From the IMG/VR virus record IMGVR_UViG_3300045125_000114: a stretch of DNA of 64,000 bases; one strand, written 5' to 3'. A program made the position numbers and the translations under genes. A model generated the notes under the pieces. The model saw only the letters and a program-made list of their open reading frames with translations, did no database searches and was not told where the DNA came from. Origin of the DNA: an uncultured virus (IMG/VR IMGVR_UViG_3300045125_000114) (taxonomy: Duplodnaviria; Heunggongvirae; Uroviricota; Caudoviricetes). Shown here in pieces: positions 1 to 12,285 of the stretch. The first letter of the stretch is position 1; the number at the start of each line of letters is the position of its first letter.

Positions 1-185
1 CGGTTATTTCACTCCACTTTCTGTAATACACAATTTTTGGAGGCAACAAATCGGGTACGAGTTCCTTTTGACCAGAAGTCTTAACAACGTTTCACCCGCC
101 CGGAACATTCCAATTGTGGACCGGAACGGCCCGCCGGGAACGTATCCGAAGGACTACATACTTTTGCCGAAGCAGTAAGGACGAT

Positions 186-703
186 ATGTTCAAAGATTGG
201 CTCAAAAATGATGAAATGACCAGGGTAAATGGCGGCATTAAATCGCCGACCGCTTACCCTGGTTTTGCCGAATATTTGGTCAACACCCCGGCCGGTCAAC
301 GCAACTTCGTATTATGTTTTCCAAAACCAATGACGCTTTGCACATCAATTTGCTGGGTGCCGGTCGCAACGGAATGGACATAGACCCGAACGTGAACGCA
401 CTGCCGATCTTGCAAAAGTTCGCCCAAGAACTGTGTCAAAAATTCGGATCAGTTGACCCTGCAAAAATTAGCTACACTCCAAGTGCGGGGCAAATTCGTC
501 AAGCTAGTGGCGAACGTGCCCAAGCAGTCAGAGAGCGATTGTTTCAAAGATACATCAAGATACTACAACAAAACATGCCCGCTTCCTGCAAGTTACAACA
601 GACGCAACCGCAGAAGGGCGTTTCGATGACCACCCTTGATGCGATCCATATGTACCGTGGCACCGACGACGAATTCGCTTCCGTCTTTGGTTTAGGTAAG
701 TGA
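186..703 (+). CDS. Hypothetical protein with capsid-targeting-like N-terminus (MFKDWLKNDE), frameshifted
   Basis: ORFs 114-383 and 314-703 join; AAGGA RBS before ATG 186; CTACATA motif at 154-160. Confidence 0.6.
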
Positions 704-1477
704 GTAAGCCGGACAAATGTTCTTGTAGTCGCACCGTTTTGCACTGGATCGCCCACCCTGGTGTACGCTTCGTCTTCGTGCATACTTTCAATTTCTTTGT
801 ACGCATTGAGTAGTTCGGACTCAGCGGATCTCGAGCATGTAGTCACCGAACCGAACCGACACCAGTTCAAGCCGCCTTCGAGGTAAAATAAGGCCGCACG
901 AATGCTCCTCGGCCTTGGCCCCGAACTCCCGCCGTACGACCCGTCCGTAGGTTATTCGCAACTCGCAAATCCTTTTTGATCGTGTTGTCTGTTCTTTCGC
1001 CAGAAGCCCTTTTTGGTCGTCTTGTAGTCCAAGATGAAATACTGGTCGCCACGAATAATGAGCCGGCCGGTGGAACCCGGTCGCCATTCGGCCGTGGGGC
1101 GGGTCCAGATCGTACTTGAATTGGTACTCCAAATGACCGTCGAAGCCGATCTTTTTCGGTAAGCTCTTTAATGTGCCTAATATGCTCCGGGAATTTTTTG
1201 GTATATTCCCCTTCCAGGGGGCGGTGCGGGCGTATCGGCTTCGACCAGAATTCGCCCGGACAATACGTCCTTGGCAATGTCTTCGATTGGAATGTGGAAA
1301 CCACCGGCCCGAACGTATTCTTTTCGGCAACTTTGTGGACTGTTTTCCCGTAACTGAGGTATACTGGTCATGCGGGCCTTCCGGTATCATTTTGAGGTGG
1401 TAACGGTATTTGTACTTGGCCGGGCAGTCAAAGAAGGTTCTGCTTACGAGAAACGCTGATGTGCGCCTGATGTCCAT
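692..1477 (-). CDS. Cas4/RecB-like PD-(D/E)XK exonuclease
   Basis: Stitched frames give CPAKYKY..G..VH, G.IDRL...YFILDYKT and C-terminal CKRCDYKNICP (4-Cys Fe-S pattern). Confidence 0.85.
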
Positions 1478-1550
1478 GTGGTTGTCCATTATCAGTTGCA
1501 CCCAAATATGTACTTGCAACAAATAACGATCAACCCTTATTGGAAGAATA

Positions 1551-2596
1551 ATGTCTGTTGATTTTGGACCGATTTCGCCGATGGGTAGAGAGCCACTTTG
1601 ATGACGCGGATCGTGAAGGGTATGGAAATACGCATTAACAGTATTTTCTCCCCCGACGATACGAATCATCACCTTTGCTGTCTCCTGCGTGTGGCGAGCA
1701 AGCAAGCAACGGAAGCATGGTGTCTTCCATTGCTTTAAGACCGACCGGAAGGGCAGCCTCAAGTTCGCTTCATTCAACTGGTTGACAATTGCGACAGGGA
1801 AGATGCCCTCGCCGTTCTCCGAGGCGAAACGACTATCAGGGATTTGGAACAGCGGCTCGAAGAATTTTTTCAAGGAGCAAGAAACCCAGTAGTCGTTGAA
1901 CCGCCGCCGCCCGACCTGCAACTTCCGCCGGGCACATGCAAGATATCCGAACTGAAAAAATGGTGGCGTGAAAAAGCCGAAGAATATCTGGCTAAACGAA
2001 AAAATCCCAAATGAAGAGTATTACTTCTGCACGGAAGACCGATACAAGGGCCAGTGTAATCATCCCCTACTACGACCGCAAGGAAAATTGATCTACTGGA
2101 ACGGTCGTTCTTATTTGGCCGAACTCCAAACTCAAGTACCAAGTTGACCGGACAAAGAAGTGGGCATCGGAAAGGGTGACGCAGAGTTTATCTTCCGGCC
2201 GTGGCGAGTGCCTTGATGCCGGGCGAGTTGTTGCACGTCTGCGAAGGTGAGTTCAACGCCAAGAGCCTGAAGTTATCGGGCCTGTGGGCGGCTGCGTGTG
2301 GCGGCAAGAACATGACCGACAAGCAGCTCCTCATCCTCGCCGACTACCGAATTTGCCTTTGTTTGGACCGTGACAAAGCCGGTAAAGCTGGCACGACCGT
2401 GATGAGTAACGCCGTCTCGATGTTGGAATCGGCCACGGGATCAAGGGACAAATTGTTTGTGGTTCGCCCACCCAAAGGTTACAACGACTGGAACGAAATG
2501 TACATCGCCTTGGGCGATGCGGTCGTACACCACTACATCAAGAAAAATTCCAGACCGCTAACCTACTACTTCCCGCAGGGGATGGGTGCTGACTGA
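1551..2596 (+). CDS. DnaG-type DNA primase (Zn finger + TOPRIM), frameshifted
   Basis: N-terminal GVFHCFKTDRKG; TOPRIM motifs VCEGEFNA, LCLDRDKAG, DWNE. Confidence 0.85.
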
Positions 2597-2935
2597 CTCA
2601 CTTCTTCGACTTCTGATCTTTTCTCTTAAGAAACCTGCCGGAACGACTTGAAATGTTCGTTCTTGTATTTTTCTTCTTTTCGGGCTTTTTCGATGACTTT
2701 GACGAGTCTTTAGGTTCTTCTGGTTTGTAGTGTGGCATTGACGCCCTGTTTTTCCATGCTCCAAGCGCGGGCAAAGGGTTGTCGATCTCGCGTATGTCGC
2801 TTCATGGCTTTCACTGTGCCGACCAACCAGGGGTGATTTTTCATTTAATTCCATATCCGTATTTACGAAACATTTGCCAGAAAAACATAAAAAACTTGGC
2901 TGTTCACTCCCTTGTGTGTTCACAGGAGAAATTCA

Positions 2936-3402
2936 TGGTCGGCCAAGTTTATGGTCAGATGGACAGTTATAGCCAAAGCTGAACCTAAACGTTACGCAAC
3001 TTGTAGCAAATCACGTTGGCTTTGCAAATGCGAGTGCGGCAACGAAAAATTAGGATGGGGTCCAGTTTGTCTGGTGGAAGTTCTCTAAGTTGTGGCTGCT
3101 ATAATCAAGAGAAGAGGAAGAAGCGAACAGGCAAAAACCACCCGAACTGGAAAGGTGGTCGCCGTATCAACAAGTATGGGTATGTTGTACTTAGTGTTAA
3201 TGGCCGCAAAGTTCTTGAACACGTTCTTGTAATGGAATCTTATCTACATCGAAAACTCTACAAAGGGGAACAGGTTCATCACAAGAACGGCATTAAAACA
3301 CGACAATCGCCCAAAAACCTTGAACTATGGACAAGGAATCAGCCAACTGGCAAGCGAGTTGAAGATTTGGCTGAATTTGCAATAGAAGTCCTGAAAAGAT
3401 GA
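2936..3402 (+). CDS. HNH homing endonuclease
   Basis: WLCKCECGN..SCGC N-terminus; HPNWKGG, EHVLVME, VHHKNG, NLELW. Confidence 0.85.
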
Positions 3403-3428
3403 GACCCGGAAATCCCAGGCGGGAATTC

Positions 3429-3857
3429 ATGAAGCCAATCTCAGTAAAAGCACTGCAATATTTTGCCGGTAAGGTTGTGACGGTTTTTGTCAAAGGCCAC
3501 CTCCAAAGGGGCTTTGACGACCGACAATTTAACGACTACTTCGTTGGTTATGTTGATTGGATAAATGAAGACGGTTTGATGACCACACATCCAGTCACCG
3601 GCTGTAAAAACTACTACTGTCTGGACGACATTGTCGGGATAGTCGAAGAACAAGTTTTGGACCCCGGCAACCCCGAAGAGGCGGAACTCATCAAGTCGAT
3701 TACCGGCAAAACAACAAAAGAACCGGAAAATAATCGCTCGTTTTCTGTTCAGAGTGAACCTACAATGCCTCAGAACAACTCTCCGTTCGCCGATATTGAC
3801 GTAATGGAAGACCTTGCCCGCCAAGCTAAAGAATTAGGACGAGAAGAGGAAAAAGAA
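3429..3857 (+). CDS. Hypothetical protein; appears in frame with glpX, and its stop may have been lost to a sequencing error
   Basis: Clean ORF MKPISVKALQYFAGK... Confidence 0.6.
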
Positions 3858-4815
3858 ATGAAACAAATTAGCTTCGACATGATTCGGGTGACAGCGGCAG
3901 CTATTGCCGCTTCTAGATGGGTCGGCGGCGGGGACAAACTTTCTGCCGCATGAAAGCGGCAACAGAGGCAATGCAAACCGCCTTGCTGGGATCAAAGATT
4001 TTTACGGCGTGGTCAAGATCGGCGAGGGAAAAAGACCAGAGTTACGGCTTGTTCAAGGGATGACAGGGTTGGCACTGGGGGCCGATTGCATCCTTTGATA
4101 TTGGGATGCCTTATCAGCTTTATGACGACTGCTGTAGACCTCGACTGACGGCACCACGCCGACTGTCAACTCCGGGCCAGAGGCAATGGAGTGTTCTCGC
4201 CATCAGTCACGAAGACACGATGTTCGACACCGATCAGCAAAAACTACATGCTTCGACTCAGCCGTCGGTCCCAAAGTAAAAGAAAAAGTTGACCCGAAAC
4301 CTTTCTAAGCCTTGGCTTGTCGCTACCCGAATTGTGTAAGACTGTGGCTGGTGCCCTGAACAAAACGGTCGATAAGCTGATAAGGTGCATCCCAACCGCC
4401 CGGGTCACGAGCATTACATAGCACAGATGCGGGCTTTGGGCGAAGTGCATCAAGTTGATTCAGGACTGCGACATTTCTGGTGCGATTGCTACTTGTTTGC
4501 CGGACGGCGAAATTGACATGCAGTTTGGTGTGGGTGGTGCCCCGGAAGCTGTCATTACAAAGGCGGCGATTGAAGTGTTTGAACGGATATCTCGTCGCCC
4601 AATTGCGAAGGACATTCCTTAGCTGGCCGCAGACGGGCATGGAAGACTTGGTGAAAAGGCGAGTGTGTCCTTCATCGCCACCGGGATCACGAACGGCTCG
4701 CTCCTGCAAGGTGTTCGGTTCGATAGCCGGGGGCCGATCTACTAACTCGGTGTTCATGCGTTCGGAATGCGGCACAATTTAGGTGGGCGTGACAACTGAA
4801 TCAAGCGGAAACTGA
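3858..4815 (+). CDS. glpX: Class II fructose-1,6-bisphosphatase, frameshifted
   Basis: IRVT.AAAIAASRWVG.GDK, VKIGEGK, (D)GTTPT, IQDCDISGAI, GVGGAPEAVI, ATGITNGSLL.GVRF. Confidence 0.9.
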
Positions 4816-5012
4816 AGACAGAATCCGTAAAGGTCGCACCGTATACTACATCTACTACGAACACCTCGGCTGGTGTGAGCCGGCAGAAGGTCTGTAGATA
4901 TGTACACGGAACGTTCGGAATGGCGCGCCGTTCATGCAAGTGATAAAACACTTCCCTGGAACGATCACGCCACCCGACCCGAAGATGACGGCCTACGTTG
5001 TGACCAAGTTTG

Positions 5013-6823
5013 TCACCGAACCGTTACCGACTTCGCCAGATTTCGAGGATAATCAGGTGTCGTTATTCCGTTCTGTGAGGAAGCAGCAGAGCACGGGCGA
5101 GCAACCGAATAGGACGACTTTCGGACGCAAGGCAAATATTCGTCCAGAACTGCTGGTATCGGCAACCAGTGGTCGTAAGCGGCGTTATCGGCTTCAGGTA
5201 ATACCAAATGATCCGGCACCCCTGCTTTAATTGCCTTGCGAGGCCGATTTCAGCATGTCGGCATAGGTCTGATCTGTCGGGTTAATCAGTAGATGACGTA
5301 GGCGTGTTCGTCCATTAGGCCAACGGTCCATGTTTTAGCTCGCCACCCGGCAAACCTTCTGCATGAATGTACGCCAATTCTTTCAGTTTAAGTGACGCTT
5401 CAGACGCTGTGGCGTAGTGAAACTCCCCGCCCCGAGGATGCGTAAACGTCCTGAACATCTTTCAGGACCGATGCTACTGTTTTTACCTTTTGGACATCTT
5501 TCAGAGCCTGACTCGAACCGCTGTCGATACCATTTCCCGATTGGAATTCCAAGCGAGTCATGGCATACAAGACGGCCAGTTGCAAGCCGTACAGCTGCTC
5601 GCGTTACAAGCCGCAACGCCAATCTCCGGGCACACAATTCAAACCGACTACGGGCATCTCGACAATCGTGCAAGTGAAGAGGTCATTGTATTGATGATCG
5701 AAACTATTTTGGCCCCGTGTCGCTTTGCGTCGTTTACGGTGCCCATTACGTGTCGGGCGCTTTCGCCACTGTGCAGAGGATATGGCAATCATGATGGAGT
5801 CTTTGATCGAAACCGTAGGACATGAACCGGCTTTCACTGGATATGATCTGCTTCTGCTCGATAGCCGCACACCCCCAACCATTGCTTTGCAACAAGAGCG
5901 GCGTTATAGCTCGTGCCACTTCCAGTAATGAAGATGGGATTTTGCTTTGGCTGACCATTTTTGCAGCATGTCGAACTTCTTCTGCGTTTACCGCGGTCAA
6001 CAATTTAGACGGTTGTTCGTTGATTTCTTTCAAGGTAAAATGGGCGTAATCGTCTTTTGTAAATCGTCAACCATTTCCTTAGACAATTTCACTATTTTGT
6101 GTAACCGACCGGACACCCCTGATAGTCAGAAACATTCAACGTTACGATCACACCCCTTCTGGGTTGACAAGAACAAATTCTAAGTTGTTTGGATATATGG
6201 CCTCGTCTGTGTGTTCTATGAATCCCAAAATGTCTGCTGGCAAGAAAAATGCCCAAGTTGCCCAGACCGACCACGAGCGGCTCGTGGTGTCTAGCGGCGG
6301 CATAAAGTCCCGTCATCGAACAAAGCGGAACGAATGCGTAGCCCTTCAATTGGGGAAGTGTTCTCATCATTGCACGCTTTGGGATCGGCCGGTCTTTTGA
6401 ATAGTTGTATTCGAGCAGATTGGCGATAACTTCGCCGTCGGTTTCACTAAGGAATTCACAAGTTAGTGTCCCTTTTAACTCCCTCGCGGTTTTCAATGGA
6501 TACCATTAGTGTAACGACCGCCACTTTGCCCAAGATCGTTCCAAGGTGCGGGTGTGCGTTCGCCCCACACACCTTTCCGTGTGCCGCCCAACGAGTGTGG
6601 ACCGATGTGCTGGTCCTGCCGGACATCTGGTCTAATTTTTGTTGTTGTTGCTACTTTCGGACAACCCGTCCCGCGTTCCCTTGGATACAATGATTTGATC
6701 GTCCAGCGTTGCCAGCGCCAACGCTATGGCGCAGCCACGGTACCTCCATCCGCTGAAGACTCTTTTTACCAACTTGGGAGCGACACCGCCGCTCCACCGG
6801 CACCCAACGGCTATTGCACACAT
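5013..6823 (-). CDS. glmS: Glutamine-fructose-6-phosphate aminotransferase, frameshifted
   Basis: Starts MCAI (catalytic Cys); [24 protein letters not shown](Q)SGET-like motif, C-terminal [10 protein letters not shown]. Confidence 0.93.
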
Positions 6824-6949
6824 ACTTACCTTCGTGCTAATTGTCTGGCAACTGCTAATCAATAGGGCAGTCCGATCTTTAATTGTATGTGTCTATCACC
6901 CACTTGAGTCGGGCGAGTCGCCTGCGCCGTGGTCGGAGTTCTGTTTTTT

Positions 6950-8559
6950 TTTACAGCGTCCTTGTTGAGCACCGCACCTGATCGACTCTTATTCTGGCTC
7001 GTCTTTCAGCCTCGATATCATCTTCTTGAGTTGCTCGCAACATTTCTTCGTCTAGATCGCCTTTCATTCCTTCGAGTTCGTCGCTGAATTCGGCAATCCT
7101 GTCACTCACATCAAGCTTTTTCGCCCGTCGGCCCTGGCAAATCCATCATCGCCGTGGTCGGTTCAGGTGTAGTTTCTTTTTCTGTTGACCCTGGCAGTTC
7201 CAGTTCGGCCGTTTTGGGTGCGGGCACCGGATTTTCATCCGACGGAAGTTTCGGTTCTGGGTTCGTTTTGGGAATTTTTGGCATTCGCCCCAGACGCCGT
7301 TTTAGCTGCTTTTCTTAGACGTGTTCTTCGGACACGTCTAATCCCTTGTTCTTTGGTGTCGTTTTTTGTTCTCGCCGTGCAGAGTCTTCGCATCGTTCGA
7401 CGGCGCTCTTCGTAGTTCAATCTCGTCTTTAATCGGGTGACTGTGACTTTCAATGCGTTCTTCTGCGCCAACCTGCGGTAAGCCGCACCGTTGCGAATGC
7501 TGCGAATATCTTGAGACGTGGATCGCCAATACGAAGAATCCACGGCAAAGTGTGTATTTCGTGTTTCAATTTGGCAATGTCGGTAATGTCGCCTGAGATT
7601 CCACCGCCCCAACGGTCCCATCTGGCCTGTTCGTGAGGGCTTTTAGCTCTCGCCAGGAACGTGTGCCAGCCGGAGCCGGACCATTGCTTTCGGCTTTTCC
7701 GACATCTTCCGGGTGTTCAATCTCAGCCGTCGCTGGCAACCTTTCTTCTGGCTTCTCGGCTTCTGGCTTCTTCTTCTGGGGGCATAGCCCTACGCTCAAA
7801 GTAATCAAGGAATTTCTCAACACGATCACGCTCGCCAATTTCAATGTAATCTTTGAGGAACTCTGTACTCTGAGCTGAGACATAGACAATTTGGCCTGGA
7901 CTTTTTCCAGTCTTTCTAAAGCTTGCTTTTTCCACTCATCTTCTTCTCTGTCGGCTCAGGTTCCGGTTCTGGCCTCAGGAGCCGGAGTTGGCGTTGGCGT
8001 TGGAGCCGGGGCCGGGGTAGGTGTTGGCTTCGGCTTTGCTTCAGGTGTCGGGGTAGGTGTCGGGGCCGGTTCCGGTTTCATTTCCGGGAAAGCATCGACG
8101 GGGCGGCTCGTGATGATAGGCCAATTGAACGACCGCATTTTTGAAATCTTTTGGCCCTACGCACTCCATGGAGCGCACGATCTGCAATTTTTCTGTACCG
8201 GCAGGGAGCATTTCTTCCAACATGACGGCATGTTCCCGAAGAACCTTTGTAGTGTTCTAGCGCGGCATAATACCTACCGACTCGACAGTGCGACCCATGC
8301 CGTCGCCGAGTTTGTTCTGCCAGTAATAGGGGTTGTTTTGACCAGTTCGGACCGTGCCAGAGGTTTGACCACCAATTCTTAACACGGTCCCAAACGCCCT
8401 CTAGCTTTCAGCGCTGTTGACGATCTGACTTCTTTCAGGCGGCTAACGAAATCATCAACCAACCCGCTCAACTCTGCTGCCAGCGGGTTGGGCTTGCTCT
8501 ACACCAATTGGTGTTTCGGCTTCTACCACGGGCCGTCTGAATTCAGAATATCTAAGCAT
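6950..8559 (-). CDS. Hypothetical probable virion/internal protein with Pro-Thr/Pro-Ala linker (one or two genes)
   Basis: AGGAG RBS and CTATATA motif upstream of ATG 8559; PAPTPTPTP repeat at ~7970-8075; several fragments. Confidence 0.5.
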
Positions 8560-8623
8560 ATTTCTCCTGCCAATATATAGCAGGTCGGCCTATTCTATTT
8601 TGTGTTTAGCCTCGTGAGTATTT

Positions 8624-9384
8624 TTACCAATACAACTTCTGGCCCCGGCTCACAATAAACATGACACTTCCTTGTAGAATTTTTGTTCTTGTCAATAGCG
8701 TCCGATAACATCCTTGTACACTACACATTCGTTCTTTTGTTTCTAGCTCTTGTAAATCAGTAATTATCGGCACGGTCCAAGGCGAATTGAAAAACCGACT
8801 TGAGAAAGGTTTGTACAGAATCACTTTTCGACCCAACAGAACCGACCAGTACAGACCGTGGTAAGAATTGGTCAGCACATACTCGGCCCCGCCAAGCAGT
8901 TGAACTACATCTTCGAGTTCGGCCCTGTTGTTCAGCTTCGGAAAATCTGCTGGTATCGGGAAATCTTTGTGTTCGTAAACCACCATCTCATTTTTGATTA
9001 CATATTGTGTTTGGAACACCGGATTTAGACAAGACACGCACGGAAGGTACGAACGAGACTGGCAGTCCGATGGAATTCGATCCCTTACACCCAGAACTCT
9101 GAATTTTGCCCAAGTCTATTTTGTCGTAATCCAATTCCGTAGTGTCGTGCTTGTTGGTGCCTATGCCCCAGCCGATTACTGGTAGGTTGCTGTCCAAAAT
9201 CTGCTTTATCACTGTCGTAAAATGGAAAAGACCGCCACCTCCTACGACAACAGATGTGTACCATCCCAGATCAGGCAAGTCAAGTATGTCAGCCGCTCAT
9301 GGTTGGGGAAATTGAAATAGTCTGCCGGGCAGCAACTTTTGTCGCCTATGTTGTCTCTGCTATGCGATGCACAAAAAGTATCAT
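8624..9384 (-). CDS. Polysaccharide pyruvyltransferase-like protein
   Basis: N(I)GD, VVGGGGLF, WGIG, GVRD, LTNSYHGLYWSVLLGRKV. Confidence 0.75.
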
Positions 9385-9474
9385 TGTTTTTCACTATATC
9401 CAATGGGGTGAACGTCCTGTTCCGGGTCGCCGATCAGAACCACATATGGAACTTCACAATCGCCGAGCCACAAT

Positions 9475-9529
9475 TTTGCTCATCGTTTTTCCACCTGTAC
9501 TTCCTACAGGTGGAAAAACGATGAGCAAA
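9475..9529. repeat. Perfect 25-bp inverted repeat with 5-nt loop
   Basis: tttgctcatcgtttttccacctgta-cttcc-tacaggtggaaaaacgatgagcaaa. Confidence 0.95.
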
Positions 9530-9538
9530 GCTTCATGA

Positions 9539-9994
9539 TTAGTTCTGTTCGCTGATATATTCGCCGATTTTTTTCAGAGACATCAAACACGAATCGAATC
9601 TGTGAAAATCGCTCGACAAGTATTCTAACGCAATTTCGTCAAACTTGTCGGCCGATTCGCCATCGGCCTCGAAATATACCGCTTGCCCTTCTTGCCAATG
9701 ACTTTGTACTTGTGCATCAAGATGTAGGCTGCCGCCCCGCAGGTCCGTGACGAATCGGTGCGGTCGAGAATCAAATTGGTACTCGCCGATCTTTTTCAGA
9801 GACATGATGCACGAGTCGAATCGGTGGAATTCGCTGGACAGATAGTCCATATTCAATCTGTCGAATTCTTCAACGGCTTCTTCTTTGATCGAAAAGAAAA
9901 TGTCTTTGCCACGTCGCCCGATTACTTTGTATTCGTGCATTAAAATGTAAGCCGCAGCACCCAAGTCGCTGACGGACTTCTGATTCCTTTTCAT
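9539..9994 (-). CDS. Protein made of two tandem ~70-aa repeats (DUF5659-like)
   Basis: DL.AAAY.LMH...YLSS.FHRFDSC.MSLKKIGEY occurs twice. Confidence 0.75.
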   Translation of the reverse strand: MKRNQKSVSDLGAAAYILMHEYKVIGRRGKDIFFSIKEEAVEEFDRLNMDYLSSEFHRFDSCIMSLKKIGEYQFDSRPHRFVTDLRGGSLHLDAQVQSHWQEGQAVYFEADGESADKFDEIALEYLSSDFHRFDSCLMSLKKIGEYISEQN

Positions 9995-10014
9995 TTCTGC
10001 CCTTCTTTCGTAAA

Positions 10015-10034
10015 GGGACGCCCGGAGGCGTCCC
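10015..10034 (-). terminator. GC-rich hairpin, probable terminator
   Basis: gggacgcc-cgga-ggcgtccc between genes. Confidence 0.55.
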
Positions 10035-10041
10035 CGGTTAA

Positions 10042-10590
10042 ATTAGAACAATTCTTCAGCTTCTTCACCACGATCTTGGCAACCATCTTGTCTGCCGCCT
10101 TCGGGCTGGTCAACTTTTTCAGACCATCGAACGTGCCGTCTCACATCCGCCTTCGAGATGGCGTTGGCTTTTGCCCTGCCCATGCTGGAGGGATACCCAT
10201 TGTGCCAGTAGACCCTCCGGTTCGGGAACGATTTTGGCTATAGTGTCCAGCACTACATCGGAAAGTCCAACTTTGCGGTATTCACTGAAGACTTGTCCCA
10301 TTTTCTCCCACAGCTGCTCGTGATCCCACAACAGGTTATTCTCCTGAACCTCGCCGCCACTGCACAGCTTGGCGGTCAACCTCCTTTTCAAGTTGTTCGA
10401 CTTTTTCTTTTTTGCTCCTCACGGTCTGCTCTTCGCTCTTGAGAACGATCTTCTCCGGCTTGTCCAACTTCTCGTTGGCCCAAGGGTTGTTGTTGGGAGC
10501 CACGACGCCAGCCAACTTGTGGGCGTCAAAATGCAACGCCATCAAACACCGCTTGTTGCTTTTCGTCGGTCCTGTTAACGGCCTCGCGTT
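10042..10590 (-). CDS. Hypothetical protein, frameshifted
   Basis: Fragments 10336-10545 and 10119-10391 appear to join. Confidence 0.45.
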
Positions 10591-11022
10591 ACACTTAATT
10601 TTCAGTCTCTTCCGTCATTTCTTTGACGAACTGTTCCCTGGCTGATTGAATTTTCCGAACATCGGAATGTTTTCGTAAGTGCAGCAGCGTCTTGCCAAAC
10701 CAATTTGGCTCTTCTGGTGAAGCCAAGCTCCTGTCGTGATACAGGTTGATTTCCGGCCGGAATGAAGTAATCGCCTGCAACTCCAAACGTCCACGCCACG
10801 GTCATTGACCGTTTTGAACTTCATGGAAATAGGTCTTGTTGAATTACCGGGTATTCTTTGTCAATTGTGAAGTCCGCAAAACCTTTGATTGCCAAATCGT
10901 TCCTGTGCAACAATTCGGGCGAAACAGCCTAAATTGTTGCCTTCTTGGAAAAACGGATTCGTACGCCGAAGCGGTCTTCGGCTTTTTCTGTGTTACTATT
11001 CATTTCTCATCCTTGTAAATTG

Positions 11023-12044
11023 TTACTTTGCTGCCTCGGCAGCGATCAAACAGCCTCGTGCCACGCTGTAGAGCGGGTCACTCGGACGAATTATTTCGCC
11101 ACCTTGATTGGCAAGTTGGCCTGCCACTTCTTTGAACGCGCCGCCCCAAACCATTGGGCAGCGATGTTCCACCAGCAATCACGATGTCCACCGGAGCGTC
11201 CGTTCCGACGGACTTGATGGCCCGGCAAATCCCTTCTTGAGTCCTGTCACCGTATGTTCGATCATCAGGCCGTACTGTGTGTGTATGGCCCTTTCCACTA
11301 AAGTGGCAGGATTTTGGTCAGGTCGATCTTCATCTTTTTCTTTGTTGATAAAGGCTACAGATTCGCCTGTTGCTTTTGCGGCCTGCTTGTCGATCCAGTC
11401 GCCGCTGTTCACAATGGCGAACTTGAAGACCGGCGTGCCGTACATTGCGTAGCAAACGTTCACCATGCCCGCACCGAACTGGATACGATGCCGGTGAAGG
11501 CTTTCTTGGCCATCAGGCGTAGAGACAAGGGCCAAAGCTTCGTTGATCGGACGGGCATCTACCTTTGTAGCCCTTTTTCCGATTTGGAAAGCTTCGGAAA
11601 AATTGCTTCGAGAATTTTGTTGTGATAGTCGGCGTCGGTTTCTTCGTTGATGGCGTTCGCCGGAATGCAGTAGTAAAGAATTCTGTTTTCCTCTGACGTT
11701 GTCGAGGCTGGGCCGTGGACTGGCGATGACATGATCTGGAATGCGTCCTTCGGGTTGACGCACCCGGCAGTCATCGGCCTTTGAGGTCGATTTTGGTAAT
11801 GGGCGTAAGCCATATTGACGGCAGTCTTCTCCCAAGGCGTAAAGGCTTTGCTCACGTTCAATCAGGGGCACGCTGTCGGGCATTTCAGGGTCCGTGCGTC
11901 CCGCATAATGTTGAAAAGGAAACGGTCGTCAAGAGGGATTTCGATGAAGGCATTGATTTCTCTCTTGTGGACGAAATTGCCCTTGTCGTCCCGAGTGGCA
12001 GCAAACCAAGTTGTAGGTTCCCGCAGCCAAATCCGGATAGCCAT
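11023..12044 (-). CDS. Actin-fold ATPase (MreB/ParM/FtsA-like)
   Basis: IGF.CGTYNL (phosphate-1), RPM.AG, YYCIPA, INEALA, GAGMVNVC (phosphate-2), SGDWID. Confidence 0.8.
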
Positions 12045-12085
12045 GTTTTCTCCTATTCTTCTTTCCAACCGTATGAGAGGGTCAT

Positions 12086-12274
12086 TCAAATTCCGGTATC
12101 GCCCAATAGGTTTCTTGATTGGCCTTTGGTGTCTCTGCCTTCTTGAACGGCCTGCACCGAAGCCACTTCCACACCACCAGCGTTGATATTCAAGTCAATG
12201 GTCAAAGACATCGCTGAACTCTCACCGTCTCTGGTGATTACTTTCACTTCTTGTGGACGAATAAGTTGTGGCAT
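12086..12274 (-). CDS. Hypothetical protein
   Basis: MPQLIRPQEVKVITRDGE; GTAAATA 5 nt upstream of ATG. Confidence 0.5.
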   Translation of the reverse strand: MPQLIRPQEVKVITRDGESSAMSLTIDLNINAGGVEVASVQAVQEGRDTKGQSRNLLGDTGI

Positions 12275-12285
12275 GTAGATATTTA

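Noticed and set aside
3429..3953. Fusion of a hypothetical protein to GlpX
   Set aside because: GlpX has its own GAGG RBS and ATG at 3858. The in-frame join cannot be trusted at this error rate.
4934..5230. Plus-strand ORF MQVIKHF...
   Set aside because: Mostly antisense to the glmS C-terminus ([10 protein letters not shown]).
6824..6960. glmS ribozyme upstream of glmS
   Set aside because: The conserved core (AGCGCC...GACGAG) was not recognisable; only a short hairpin is present. An Infernal search would settle it.
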